A DNA stretch of 64,000 nt from Thecamonas trahens ATCC 50062. Taxonomy: Eukaryota; Protista; Apusomonadida. The notes under the pieces were generated by a model. It was not told where the DNA came from. It saw only the letters and a list, made by a program, of their open reading frames with translations, and did not search any database. Location: NCBI RefSeq assembly GCF_000142905.1, contig NW_013657648.1, positions 124,001 to 188,000 of the forward strand, read 5' to 3'. The position numbers and the translations under genes are program-made. Below are positions 1 to 12,100 of the stretch, one piece after another; the stretch's first letter is position 1, and every line of letters begins with the position of its first letter.

Positions 1-282
1 GGATGACAACGATGGGTCCGACCCGTAGATCGGATCGTCGGCATAGTCGGCCGGAGGGCCGGAAGGCAGCGGTGGCGAGTTGAGCAGCCGGCCTGGCAGC
101 ACTTCGTCACACTCGAGCGGAAGGATGCGCATGCGGGCCGGCCGTGGCGGCGACGAGTCGGCATCAAGGCGCCTCAGGCTCATATCACGTCGCGATGCAA
201 GAGTCGGACTGTGCGGGCTGTGCGGGCTATGCGGGCTGGCCTGCGGACAGGCCTCCGGGGAACTCGGTTGATCTGTCTCCAT
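1..282 (-). CDS. 5' part of an unknown Pro/Ser-rich protein running off the left edge (partial)
   Basis: Read by hand: ATG at 282 opens METDQPSSPEACPQASPHSPHSPHSPTLASRR...YADDPIYGSDPSLSS with no stop before base 1. Absent from the ORF track because it has no stop in the window. Confidence 0.55.
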   Translation of the reverse strand, partial: METDQPSSPEACPQASPHSPHSPHSPTLASRRDMSLRRLDADSSPPRPARMRILPLECDEVLPGRLLNSPPLPSGPPADYADDPIYGSDPSLSS

Positions 283-471
283 CGCCAAAGTGTTCCTTGA
301 ACACGGGCGGAAGGCTGAGGAGTGAAGTGCTGGCAGACGCCCGGCACCATCTCATCGCATTCTCTCATCTCTCGAGCGTTCTAGCACGCGTGCGCCGCGG
401 CCGGGTTGGGCTCGGCCTTCTTTATGTCGTGCACTGTGCACGAGGTATCGCGGGTGTCGCGGGTATCGCGG

Positions 472-2613
472 CTACGCCCCACTGCCTTCGATCTGCTGCT
501 GCTCGTATGCGCTGTAGATGGCGTCGGCCTCGGCGAGGCGCACCTTGCACTCCTTGTACGCCTGGTACTGCGACTGAATGGGCGCCCGGTCCTCGACGTA
601 CTGGACTTTGCGCCCGTGCATGGCCATAAACTCAGACTGGTAGTGGTGGAGGAGCACCTGGAGCTTGCGCTTGCGGTCCTTGATGGTGAGGTAGAGCGCG
701 TTGGTGGCCTTGGGAATCGAGGGGTTAAGCATGGGCGCCGTGACCGGGACAGCCGGGTCAAAGTGAGCAGAGACGGCGGCCTGCGCCGAGGCCGGCTTGG
801 CTCCGCCCCGGCCGCCACCGCCGCCGCTTCCACCGCCGTCGGCGCTGCCGCCAGCCGAGCAAAGCGACTTGAGCTCGCGGTACCGCTCGTAGAGCGGGCG
901 CATGACCTCTTTGTCAGCCTTTCGCGGCTGGACCCCGTGGCGGACTTCGTATGCCGAGTCGAACGCACGCAGCTCCTTCTTGATCAGCGACTTTTCCGCC
1001 TCCTGCTCTGCCGTAGTCATCGCAAACACGTCCTCGGGCCGACCGGCGTCGGCGCGCGCCCTGGCCAGCCGCCGCAAGACAGTCGGCAGCGGGTCGGCAA
1101 GGTAGGCATCGATCTCAGAGTCCGGCTCGGGCTGCTGCGTCTCGCTGCTCCCGTTCCCGCCCCCACTCCCGCCGCTTGCTGCCGCAAACGCTGCGGCAGC
1201 TGCTGCCGCCGGCTCTGCCACCTTGCTCCGAAGCGCTGCACTCGGCGACAGCGCCGCACCATGCTGTGCAAACCTTGCTCGTCCAAGGCGGCCCACCGGC
1301 GACGCTATCGACTCGACCGAGCCGGACTGGAGGGTGGCGAGAATGTTGGAAAACGACTGGAAGAGGGCGAGGGTGCCCTCGATGGGCGCCCACTCGCTCG
1401 GCAGTGGGTCGCGGTCGTGCCGCTTGGCAAACACCCGCTTGAACACCGTGATGTCGACATCAAGCTTGGCGATCTGGTCCTCGAGGTATGGAATGTCTGC
1501 CCGGGTCCACTGGTACTCGGTCACGACAGGCGTCTCGACCTTGTCTGCGTTCTCACCCAGCGGAGTTTTGCCGCCACTAGTGCCATCTCCGTTGATGGCG
1601 TCCAGGCTCTCGCGCCGCTGTGCACGGCGGACGGCCTCGACCCGCGACCGTCGGTTACGTGGCGAGTTTTGCGGGCCGTGGACCCGGAGCTGCCGGGCGG
1701 AGCCGCCAGCGCCAGCCGCCACGCTCAGCTCCTGCGACGACGACTTGATCAAGTCTGCAATCGACGAGTTGAGCATCGAGTCGAGCGCCCGGCGCGTCGG
1801 CGACTGGATGCCCTCGGCGGCGGTACCGGCCTCGTCGGCGTCGTGTAGCAGCGACTCGTCGACCGAGTCGTTGGGCGAGTAGAGGGCCTCGCGCGAGGCA
1901 GCAGCAGCGGCGGCGGTGTCGCGCGGCGGCGACGCTGGAATCGGGTTGAACAGCGGCTCGTAGAGGGCAAAGATGTCGCGGGTGATGGCGTTACAGTACG
2001 CGATGTCGCGCATGATGGCGTCCTGGGTATTTTCGCGCGAGTGCAGCATGTTCTGGCCAAATACGGTGGCCATGTTGTCGATGCCCATCCGCGACGTCGC
2101 CTCGTCGCGGGCCATGACCACCGCAAGCTCGGCCACGTACTTGACCAGCTCGTAGTGCAGCGGCGGGAGCTTGCCCAGCGCCGCGGCGTAGGCCTCGATC
2201 TGGGCCTCACCGGCAGGCGCTTCATGGGCGGCAACAAAGTCGTCGTAGAGCGCAAAGGTGAGCGGCGGGACCGGGAGCTCGCGCAGGTAGAGCTTGAAGA
2301 GCGACGAGACGGCAAAGACGTCGTCGAGCTCGTCGAGCGCAGCATCGCCGGCCGTCTCAAACGCGCTCCGCAGCTCTTGCACCACGTCGTCGGCTCCCGG
2401 TACGCGGAAGACGCCCTCTGTGGCGGCATGGGCCTTGAGGTACTCCCCGCACCGCCACACCACATACGGCAGCCGAGAGAGGACGGTCTGTGGCGGCGGA
2501 GGCCCCAAGGTGACCGGCGCAGACGCCGCTTGCGAGGTCACCACCTCCACCAGCTCCACCCCAAACATGGCCTCGCCCTTGGCCGCCTTCTTGCGCTTCT
2601 TGCGCCGGAACAT
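472..2613 (-). CDS. FAM13: FAM13-family RhoGAP protein
   Basis: N-terminal RhoGAP domain (EGVFRVPG arginine finger, SLFKLYLRELPVPPL, SRMGIDNMATVFGQNM). C-terminal FAM13-type helical repeats KKELRAFDSAYEVRHGVQPRKADKEVMRPLYERYRELK and KRKLQVLLHHYQSEFMAMHGRKVQYVEDRAPIQSQYQAYKECK. First ATG at 2613, with an in-frame TGA just upstream. Confidence 0.85.
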   Translation of the reverse strand: MFRRKKRKKAAKGEAMFGVELVEVVTSQAASAPVTLGPPPPQTVLSRLPYVVWRCGEYLKAHAATEGVFRVPGADDVVQELRSAFETAGDAALDELDDVFAVSSLFKLYLRELPVPPLTFALYDDFVAAHEAPAGEAQIEAYAAALGKLPPLHYELVKYVAELAVVMARDEATSRMGIDNMATVFGQNMLHSRENTQDAIMRDIAYCNAITRDIFALYEPLFNPIPASPPRDTAAAAAASREALYSPNDSVDESLLHDADEAGTAAEGIQSPTRRALDSMLNSSIADLIKSSSQELSVAAGAGGSARQLRVHGPQNSPRNRRSRVEAVRRAQRRESLDAINGDGTSGGKTPLGENADKVETPVVTEYQWTRADIPYLEDQIAKLDVDITVFKRVFAKRHDRDPLPSEWAPIEGTLALFQSFSNILATLQSGSVESIASPVGRLGRARFAQHGAALSPSAALRSKVAEPAAAAAAAFAAASGGSGGGNGSSETQQPEPDSEIDAYLADPLPTVLRRLARARADAGRPEDVFAMTTAEQEAEKSLIKKELRAFDSAYEVRHGVQPRKADKEVMRPLYERYRELKSLCSAGGSADGGGSGGGGGRGGAKPASAQAAVSAHFDPAVPVTAPMLNPSIPKATNALYLTIKDRKRKLQVLLHHYQSEFMAMHGRKVQYVEDRAPIQSQYQAYKECKVRLAEADAIYSAYEQQQIEGSGA

Positions 2614-3125
2614 GCACACGCGTCACGCTTGCTCCCGCTCTCTCTCCCGTTGCCTTGCCGGCTCTTGCGTCGGGTGTTCCCTAACCCGGTCTCCTCGCTC
2701 CTGCACTCCCCCCTCCCCCTCCCCCCCAACCGCTCCCCTCCCCTCCCTCCCTCCCCTCCCACCACTCCTCCTGTCCGCCCGCCAACCTCGGCACTTCCCG
2801 CCGCGCTGGGCGACCAGCCGACAAACCAAAAGCTCCAACCACCGCCGGGCAACGGTCAAAATTTTGGCAACCCATTTTACGACCGCACCCACCCCAACCC
2901 CTCCACCACATGACTACCACACACACTCCCTTATATTGAATGCGTTCATCCTATGCTGAAAATACCCGATCCCGTCTCGCTCTCGGAAGTCAAGCAGCAT
3001 GAGGCTTGGTTAGTACTGTGGTGGGGACCACACGGGAATACCGAGTAACGCATTCTGTTTTCTTTTTGCCCAAACACACACCCTCCTTGCTTGCATGCAC
3101 CACCGCTGACCCCACCATCGCCACA

Positions 3126-6100
3126 TCAATCATTTCTCGTTCGTCGGGCGCGAGCTGCCCTGCCATGCCGTGCTTCAGCCAAGACTTCGGCAAGCCAGAT
3201 TGCAACGCTCGAGTTGACCGCAAGCGCACCCTGCTCGACATCCATTGCCCGTGCAAGGAGGTCCAGGTTCTTGGTGGTGAGTGACGGCGGCCGGAGATGG
3301 CCAAACTTGGCGCGGAACTTGGCCATCCGCGCGTCGATGTCCTCGCCTGTGCCCGGCCCTCCACCACCAGTCATCGCCGCTTCGAAGTCGTCGTTCGACG
3401 CCACATCGTCAGCGTCGACCACAGACATTGAGCGCAGCGAGTCGGACATGCGTGATGCAGCCTCCACCACCCGCCCGGTCTCATCGCGCTCGAGCGGCGA
3501 GGCAAACAGCTCGCAGATGGCCTGCAGCGTCGCTTGATACAGCGCAACCATCTCGACCGGAAACTCGATCTTTTTTCCACTGCGCCGCGCCGGCGACCGC
3601 TCGCCGGACCCGACCGACGACGCACCACTCAGAACACGCGTCCCGCGCTTGTGCGTCCGCCGCTTGCGCCCGCCACTCCCGCCGCGACCCTCCACCGTCG
3701 ATCCACGTCGCCCGCCACTATCACCGGCTCCGCCGCCTCCTCCGCTCCCGCCGCCCAACTCGAGCGGCGACGGCCTGGCTGCCGCCTCCTTCGCCGCGGC
3801 GATCTCGAGACCCAGCTCGTGCTGCTGGACTTGGAACTTGAGCTGCGAGAGCAGCTGGTGGACCCGCGAGACACCCGAGAGCGGGAGCTCTACAGAGCCC
3901 GAGATCTGCCGCGTCACGCTTCGGCTCCGCCCGCCCACCCGCGAGCCCGCGCGCGAGCCCGCACGTGAGCCCGCGCGCGACCCGCNNNNNNNNNNNNNNN
4001 NNNNNNNNNNNNNNNNNNNNNNNNNNNNNNNNNNNNNNNNNNNNNNNNNNNNNNNNNNNNNNNNNNNNNNNNNNNNNNNNNNNNNCTGCGGCAGGGCTAG
4101 CGACGTCCGCCGCCGCTGGCCCACCAGGCCCAGCCGCGCCCCGACTCCGGTGGCCCCGGTCGCTCCGCGCGTCTTGCCGTGACCGCTCACACGCTCCTCC
4201 TTCCGTCCACTGCCACCCTCGTCCTCGTCGTCGACAGAGACCACCGCGTGGATGACGTACAGCAGTCGCACCGGGAACATCCGCGCAGAGCGGTGGATCT
4301 TGGCCCGCGCCACGGCGCCGGCGAGAAATGCCTTCTCGTTCGCCACGTCGACACTCGTGTAGTGCGCGTCGGCCTCGTTGAGCCACTGGAAGCAGACCGT
4401 GCCACGGCTCGGCGCCCCGAACCCGTCTGCCGGCCCGCGCCCCACCAGCCAGTCAAGCGTCGAAAACGCAGGTGTGCACCCGTCGTCGTACGGATCAAAG
4501 TGCTCCGAAAGGAAGCCGTGGACGTGGCCTAGCTTTTGCAGCAGCCGCGCGTTGAAAAACGGCACCAGGTTCTTCTCCCGTCGTAGCGAGAGAAAGTACG
4601 CCAACAGCTCAAACGACGACGGCTGTACCTCGGCCTCGGCCTCAGCCTCAGCCTCCCGCCGCCGCACCATCGCAATGTCTGACCGCACAAACGCCGGCAA
4701 TGCCTGCACCTCTAACAGCTCCGTGTCCGTCCCCAGCCGCGTCGACAGCCGCGCCAGACTCGCCCGGCTCGCACCAATCGACGCCGCCAGCGAGAGCAGG
4801 CCAAAGAACTCATCGTCGCCGCTCCGCCCAGGCGCAAACGCCTCCACTTCCGACATGCTCTTCATCGCCCGGAGCACCGCAAGCGAGAGCACACTCGACC
4901 GCGCGTACTCAAAGTCAAAACCGGCGCCAGTCTGCGTCAGTTCGACTGCGTTGGCCAGTGCCCATCGCGCGAGCCTAAAGCATGCCCCGCGCACGTCGGT
5001 CTGCGGATACTTGGGCCCAGAAATGTGCTGCACCGTGTTCGTCTGCGTCAGCGTCCGCGTTGTGCGAGCCCGCGAGCCAGCTCGCGAGCCCGCCCGGGAC
5101 AACGACCGCTCACCGCTACCCACACCGCCGCTCGCTGCAAGCGCGATGAGGTCGGTGATCGACCCACCGCGCCGCATCGCTGACGACCCAAACACCGCAC
5201 CCTCGTCGTCCCAGTGCTCCAGCACTGCCACGAGCACACGCCCCATCACCCCATACAGTGCAACCTGCTCCGTCGTTTCGCGCGAGAGTGAGAGCGATGC
5301 CAGCTCCAGCGACTTGAGGCACGCACGCAGCGCAGAGTCTTGGTGGAGCAGCCGGTGGTACACAAACGCCACACGCGTCGAAACACGCAGCCCGACCGCA
5401 AGGTGGGGGTGGTATCGCCCAGCGCGTCCGGTCAGACCGAGCTGCGCTTCGCCGCCACTCTTGCCACCCGAGTGGTGGCGGAACGCGGCAAGGATCGCAT
5501 CCAGCTCATCCGCGTCCATCCGCAGCACAGCGAGCGAGAGGTCATGAGCGCCCACATACGATCGCAGCGCGTCCACAGTTGTGTTGCGCGAGTACTGGAT
5601 GTCGCCAAGGAGCGAGCAGGCATACACCCGAAGCTCCATCGGTAGCTCATCCTGCTCCACAAGCTGCTCCAAACACGCAATTCCGCCCTCCACATCGCCC
5701 TCCAGCACAGCAACAACCCCGGTCCACAGCATCAGTCGCGACTGTTGCACAAGGTCGCGAACAGACTTGGCGTCCATTAGCCCTTGAGCACACTCGCGTC
5801 GCGCCTCGCTCACCCGTCCGCTCTGCACAAGCAGCCGCGCAAGCTGCGTTCGGCACCGCAGCCAGAGGCACACTCCGCTCACGTCCACACCCACAACCTG
5901 CCGCACCTCGCTCGAACTGAAGCTACCAGACTCGGTCCCGCCGCTCTCGCCGCTCTCACCGTCGCTCCTCTCGGCAAGGTCGTCGCCAAGCTCGTACCTC
6001 TCGCGAGCAGGCGCTACAGAGGCAAACGCCTCAATCGCGGCCAGTGCAGCCCGCGTCGCACTCTCAGCACGCATCGAGTCGAGTCGCTCCTCGGCCACGG

Positions 6101-9100
6101 TTGCTAGCACAAGGTGCGCGCCTACCCGGGTGTTGCGGACGTAGAACGGCGAAAAGCCTGGCGCCTCGCGTGGGACATCTTCTCCAGCCACTCGCTCGGC
6201 TTCGCCTGCCTCACCCAACCGGGTGAGCAGCGCTGTCGCCTGTGCCTCGGCACGTGTCAGCAGCCACGTATGCAGTGTCTCGGCCGCTGCCATCGGCACA
6301 CGCATCTCTGCATACACATTTGCAGGATGGCTGGGTCCCGAGCTTTTGAGCTGCTTCACCACAGCCGCCGCTTGCGGTGCAGCCGCCCGCGCCGCAGCTG
6401 CCGCAGCTGCTGCCGAGGTTCCGGTCGTCGATCCCCGTCGTGCGCCACGCGCACCCGCCGCACGCCGCCGCCGCGTGCTTCCGCTCACACCTGCATTCGA
6501 GCTCGTGCTCGCGCCCGAGCTGCTCTTGCTCGGCACCTCAGCCTCGGTCTCGGCGGCTGGCTCCCGCCCCGCCCGGCCATGGCCTGCCTTGCGGCTTGCA
6601 CGCAGCGCTACCTGGACGGCGCTCATGTCGACCTGCTCCAGTGAGTGCACGCTGGCCACAAGCTTTTCCCACTCGCTCGCAGCCGACGGGCCACCGGACG
6701 CCTCGGGCGCCAGCCACTCCTTACCGACCGGATCGACGCCGAGCGCAAACAAAAGCACCTCGACATCGTCGCGTGCCTCTTCCGGGAGCAACGGCGCGCT
6801 CACCTGGCTGCCACCAACGCTGCGCGCCAGTTGCAGAAAGAGCTCAGACCGGACACCATCAAACTCGCTCGCGCATTGCCACCCGATCTTGGACCGCACC
6901 TCCGGCGGGACTACCACCGCCGCCAGCCGGTGCACAAGAAGTGCGTTCGGGACCCCATGCGGCGGTACCATCACGTTGTATGCACCCTCTAGGAAGCTCG
7001 CCTCGCCCGCGTCAAACGCGGCCTTGACACTAGCTGGCACTTCCGCGAGTGCAGCCTCCAGGAGCGGGCTCTCCAGCCCGGTCTCGCCCAGCGCCTCTTT
7101 CTCGTACTGCAGCCGACTCGCGACCGACGATCCCACCTGTGCAGTCGCACCAGGTAGGCCCTCGCCGCGCGCCAGTGCAAACAACACCGCCATCGCCTCG
7201 CCCATCCGCCCGAGCCCAACTAGCGCTCGCGCTTGCAGCAGCGCCGCCCGCGCCGCAAGCGTCGCGCTCGGACACACGTCACGCGTCAGATACCGCAAAA
7301 GGACCACCACAGGCCCAGCCTCCACAAACGCCTCCTCCACCACCAGCACCGACGCCACAAACTCAAGCGCGCTCGCCACGTCCGGGCCACTCGCAACATG
7401 CGGGTCTTCAAACGCGTTAGCCGGCAGAGACACGCCGTCAAACTCAAAGAACGCCGCCAGTCGCTGCGGATGTGTCGATGCGTGCTGAAACAGCGTGCCG
7501 GCAAGCACTGCCCCGAGCAGGCACAGCTCCCGCCGCAGATGCATGTCATCGTATGCCACAAGCCGTGCCGTCTTGGCCACAATAACAATGCCCAGCAGCG
7601 CAGAGCGCGGCATGTTGGCCAGGAACGCCGACGAGTCGGCACCTCCACTACCGCCATCCACAAGCTCCCGCAGCGCGACTCGCCATTTCTGGAACGCCTG
7701 GTGCGCCGAGAGCAGGTGGTCAAGTGCATCAAACCATGCTCCGGCCGCCTTGCTCACCTTGCCCTCGTTGAACAACACGTCGCCAAACTCGGAGAACGCC
7801 TGCGCAAGCAGAAACGGCTCCCGCTTCCGCTCAAGGTACTGGATGGTCTTGGTGTAGAGTCCGATAACGCGCTCAGCATCCACGTCCTCCACGGCGTGCA
7901 CTGCCGCTGTCCCAAGAGCAGACTCGGCAAGGCCCGTGACCCGCCCGCGAATGTAACGCGCGGCCTCAATCCGCGCATGCGTTAGCCGTTTCTTCGCCAG
8001 CGACAAGTCGCGCTCAAGCTCGCCATACGCCCGGGAGTATGCCTCCGCCTCGGCACGGTGACCGAGCGCCGCACTTGCCTCAACAAGCAGCGGCAGGAGC
8101 GAGATGGCAAAGCTACCGTCGGTCAGCGAGTTGACCAGCGAGCCGACCTCGACCACCCGCGCCATCCGCCCGGCGCTGAACGCCATCTGCAGCGCAAGGT
8201 GCATGAAGCGCATGACTTCGTCAATGTCGAGCTCGCTCGGCTCAATACTTTCAAACCATGCCGGCTCCGGCGCAAGCGACGAGTCGGTCGTCGCTCCCGA
8301 CGCAACAGACTGCTCGCCATCGTCGTGCCATACCGCAGACCGCGAGCCGGTCACATGCCGCAGCGTCGCCGGAAGCCTCGTACCACCAAGCACAGAGCCG
8401 CCACTCCTCACATGTGCCAACAGCTCGCATAGCACATACGCGGCCGACAGCAGCGCGTCAGCTACACATCCTGCTGTGGCAGGCGAGACAAGTCCCGGCA
8501 CAAGCAACTGCACGCTGTTGCGCAGGGCGCGGCACGCGTTGAGCAGCACAATCCACGATGACGACCGCTCAGCAAGTACCGCGGCCCGCTGGAGACACGC
8601 AGTCACATCCTGGACTGTCGGCACGCCGGCCTCCGCCTCGCTCTCGAGGGCGGCCACCGCAAACGAGCCCGCACTGGGTGCTCCCGAGCCTGTCACCCCA
8701 CCGCTACTCGAACCACTGCGCTGTGTGCCAGTTCGCGACGACGATCGCTTGGTGGTTGACGACCCAGGGGCGTCACCGTTCGGCTTGCTTGGTGACCCGA
8801 CTTTGGCCTTCCATGCGGTGAGGTCGTATGGGTCGAGCGTATGGTCAGCGTCGACCGCTGACTGTCTCTCATCCGCGGCAACGACCCGCCCGCTTTCTTT
8901 GCAGAGCGTGACAACCACGTCCGCCTCGAGCTCAACAATAGTGCCAAGCGAGGCGAGCGAGAACCACTTGTCCCATCCACGACCATCGCTTGCGTCGGCA
9001 GCAGCCACTTCAGCGGGGCGCGCGAGCGCAGACACCACAGGCGCGCGCACAGGCTGCGGAGCGTCGACCTCGTCAGGCTTCTTGATAGCAGCCGGCACCG

Positions 9101-12100
9101 CCTCGCCCTTGCGCGAGGCGGCCATGCTGCCGCCGCCACTACCCGAGCGCGAGCCGCGCACTCGCCGTGATGAGGTCACAGGCCCCCCCAGCTGGCTGGT
9201 CGACGACCCGAGGTTGCCGTCCGAGCCACCGCCCGCAACGCCTGTCCGTGCATCAGCCTCGCGCCAGAACTGTACCGCCGACGCCGGTGGCTGTGGCATG
9301 GTAGCCGCCTGCCGTGCCCTCGTTGCGAGTGCAAGCTTGGCCAGCCCATGGACCATGCTCAACTCGGCCCGCCACGGCGCCTCGCCAGCCCGCAGCGTGC
9401 GCCACTCTCGCCGCTGCCGCGACCGCTGCAAGAAGAGCGGAATGTAGACTTGCAGTTGCCGGACTGCGGCCTCGCGGGCAGCGATCGCTTCTTGAGTCAT
9501 AATCTCGTCGTCGAGGCCCGCGCCGATGTCGGCAGCGGCGGCATGGCTTGAGCTTCCGTGCGAGCTCCGCTTGTGTCCGCCGCTTGTCGGCGCCTTGCTA
9601 AGCGTCTCGCGCGCGAGCTCGTGTGTCCGTGCGTGCTCCGCCTCAACCGCCGCGTCGCGAGCCGCCAGCGTGGCGCGAACGGCGTCGCAGATGCTGTTTG
9701 CCAGGGCAGCGTCGCCGCTCGCCAGAACCCGCCGCGCGAGCCGCGCACCAAACTCGACGTACCGCGGATGGTCCACAAACCGGCTCTGCAGCTCGACAAA
9801 GAGTTCTTTGGACGGCGAGCTCGCCACCGCCTTGAGCAGCCCGGCCACGACGTCCTCATCGCGCGCACCGAGCTCCGATGCCCGGTATAGCACAGAGAGT
9901 GTCGGAACGGCACCGATCTGAAAGTAGTACTCCTCAAGGGCGCGAACTACCGGAGGGAGCTCAGCGGCGATGGGGACGACATCCGCAGAAGGCGGCGGGT
10001 CTCCGCTGCCGCGCTGGTTATCGATAAGATTACTTGCACTCGAGCTGTGGTCGTCTCGCCCGCCCCGGCGGCCCCGCGACCGCGCACCGCGCGCGCCGCC
10101 AGACGCCTCCCGGCGCTCGTTCCGGTCGCGGCGAGTAGAGCCTCGCGGCTGCTCGGCGACGCTGCCACCGGCTTTGCCTGACGAGCCCGGGCGTCGCGGC
10201 TCGGGAGTCTTCTCCGGTGCCATGCTGTTGTACACCCGCGCGTCACGCGACTGCTCGAGTGAAGCCAGGTACGCCGCCGCTGCAAACTCGCCAGCATCAA
10301 GCAGCGCATTAGTCACATGGAACGCGATCGGCTTGCGGACCTCGAGCAGCTGGTCGAGGTGCTCGGCGAGAATGGGTGCATTGAGCGGCAGCGCAAGCAT
10401 GGCGTCGTATACCCGCAGCAGAAACGCAAGCAGCACCGGGGGGTACGGCTTACGCTCGAGGAGCGGCGCAAGTGCGTTAAACGTCCGCACCGCAGCCTCG
10501 GTAACGAGCGCATAGTCGGAGACCAGCGTGCCAAGCTGGATTCCAAACAGCAGGTTCGACGCAGTCTGCAGTCGGTACAACTCGGACGAGAGGAGCGGGA
10601 GCGACGAGCCCGGGGCGTCCGAGCCAGCCGCTGCTGCTCGGGTTGTCTGCATTCGGGCCTCGGTCAGCCGCAGCTCGCGGGTGTCGAGCTCGGCGAGCCG
10701 GAACAGCGCGAGCGCAAACGAGCGCAGCAGAGATTCGGACGCCGACGCCACAACGTGCGGGACAAGTGCTCCCGGGTGGATGCTGTCATCGGCACGAGAG
10801 GGGGCAAGTGAGCCGTCCGACGCCGTGAACGCTCCCGAGGACTTGTCGAGCGCGCCACCCAGCTCCGAGTTGGCGGTTGTGTTGAGGAGGCCGATGCCGG
10901 CCGAGCCACCACTGCCGGCGTCAGGCGTATCGAACGAGACAAAGCGGGCAAAGAGCTTGGCCGCCGCGTCACGAGTTGGCCCGTACGCCCGCAGCACAAA
11001 CGCTGTCTCCACAAACTCGGTCCAGATGTAGTCAAGCGGTAGCGGCATGCAGGTGACCAGCTCACCAGTCGACGCCGATACCGCGCCCGAGACAAGATTG
11101 CCACTCGCGTCCTCGGCCGCCATGGCAAAAGCGTAGCCGGTGTTGGCCTTGAGGTTGCGAACAACAAAGAGCGGCGGCGGCGCGCCGGCCTTGGTTGCAA
11201 TCCGCACCCCGGTCCCCTCCAGCTCAGTGTTGGAGGCCGCGACCGCAGTGCCGGCGCCAAACGGCTTGCCGTACAGCACATAGGAGGCGATGGCCGACGC
11301 GTCAAACGCCGACTCGTCGAGCCGCGGCGGCCGGAGCGCCATCGACGTCGAAGTGCGGTAGACAAGGAGAGGCGGCGGAAGGACCGGCTTGCCGCGCACG
11401 CTGCGGCTCTTGGTAGGTGACGATCCGTACGAGCCGCTGGGATCGTGGACCGCATACAGCATGGCCTTTTCGGCCTCGCGTGCCGCCTCGAGCGTCGATG
11501 CCGCCTCCTGCAGGAGCGACCGCTGCTCGCGCTTCGACTGGTGGACCTTGGCCAGTTCCATCAGAACAACGGCGCGCCGGTACAGGTTCTTACCAGTCTC
11601 ACCAAGGAGCCGCGCCTCAACAACCAGGTTGTACTCGCTCGAAGCAACCATCGAGAGCGAGCCGCCAGTGACCGAGCGGAGCGAGTTGAACGATGCCGAC
11701 TGCTGGATGACCCGCGCTTGCGCCTGCGAGCTTGATCCGCGCTTGCCCGACGAAGGGACCGAGGTGCCCTTGCCGCTGGCGCCGCGCTTGCCGGACCGCA
11801 GCGTTCCGCCGTCGGTCGACGCAAACGTCGAGAACGAGTGGATCGAGCCGATGGTTGAGCCGGTCGCCCCACCCTTGCCGTGTTGCGCCGGCAGCGCCTG
11901 GATGCCGACCGCGAGCGTTGCCCGCGTGTACAGAATGATGAGGTCCACCTCGAGTGTGCCCAGCCGCTGCAGGTAGAGCGGGAGCGGCTGATCGGGACCC
12001 AGGGTCGGTGCGTCCATCGACATCGACAGCGTCGGGTGTGACTGTGAGACAAGCAGTGCCTTTGAGCTGTTGATTGCCGCTAGCGCCGGCCGCACCGCCT

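Noticed and set aside
406-1848. Long antisense and alternate-frame ORFs (e.g. 406-1848, 6223-7488, 8104-9447, 18731-20335, 40822-42246)
   Set aside because: They shadow real genes. Stop codons are scarce in high-GC coding DNA and the translations carry no recognisable domains.
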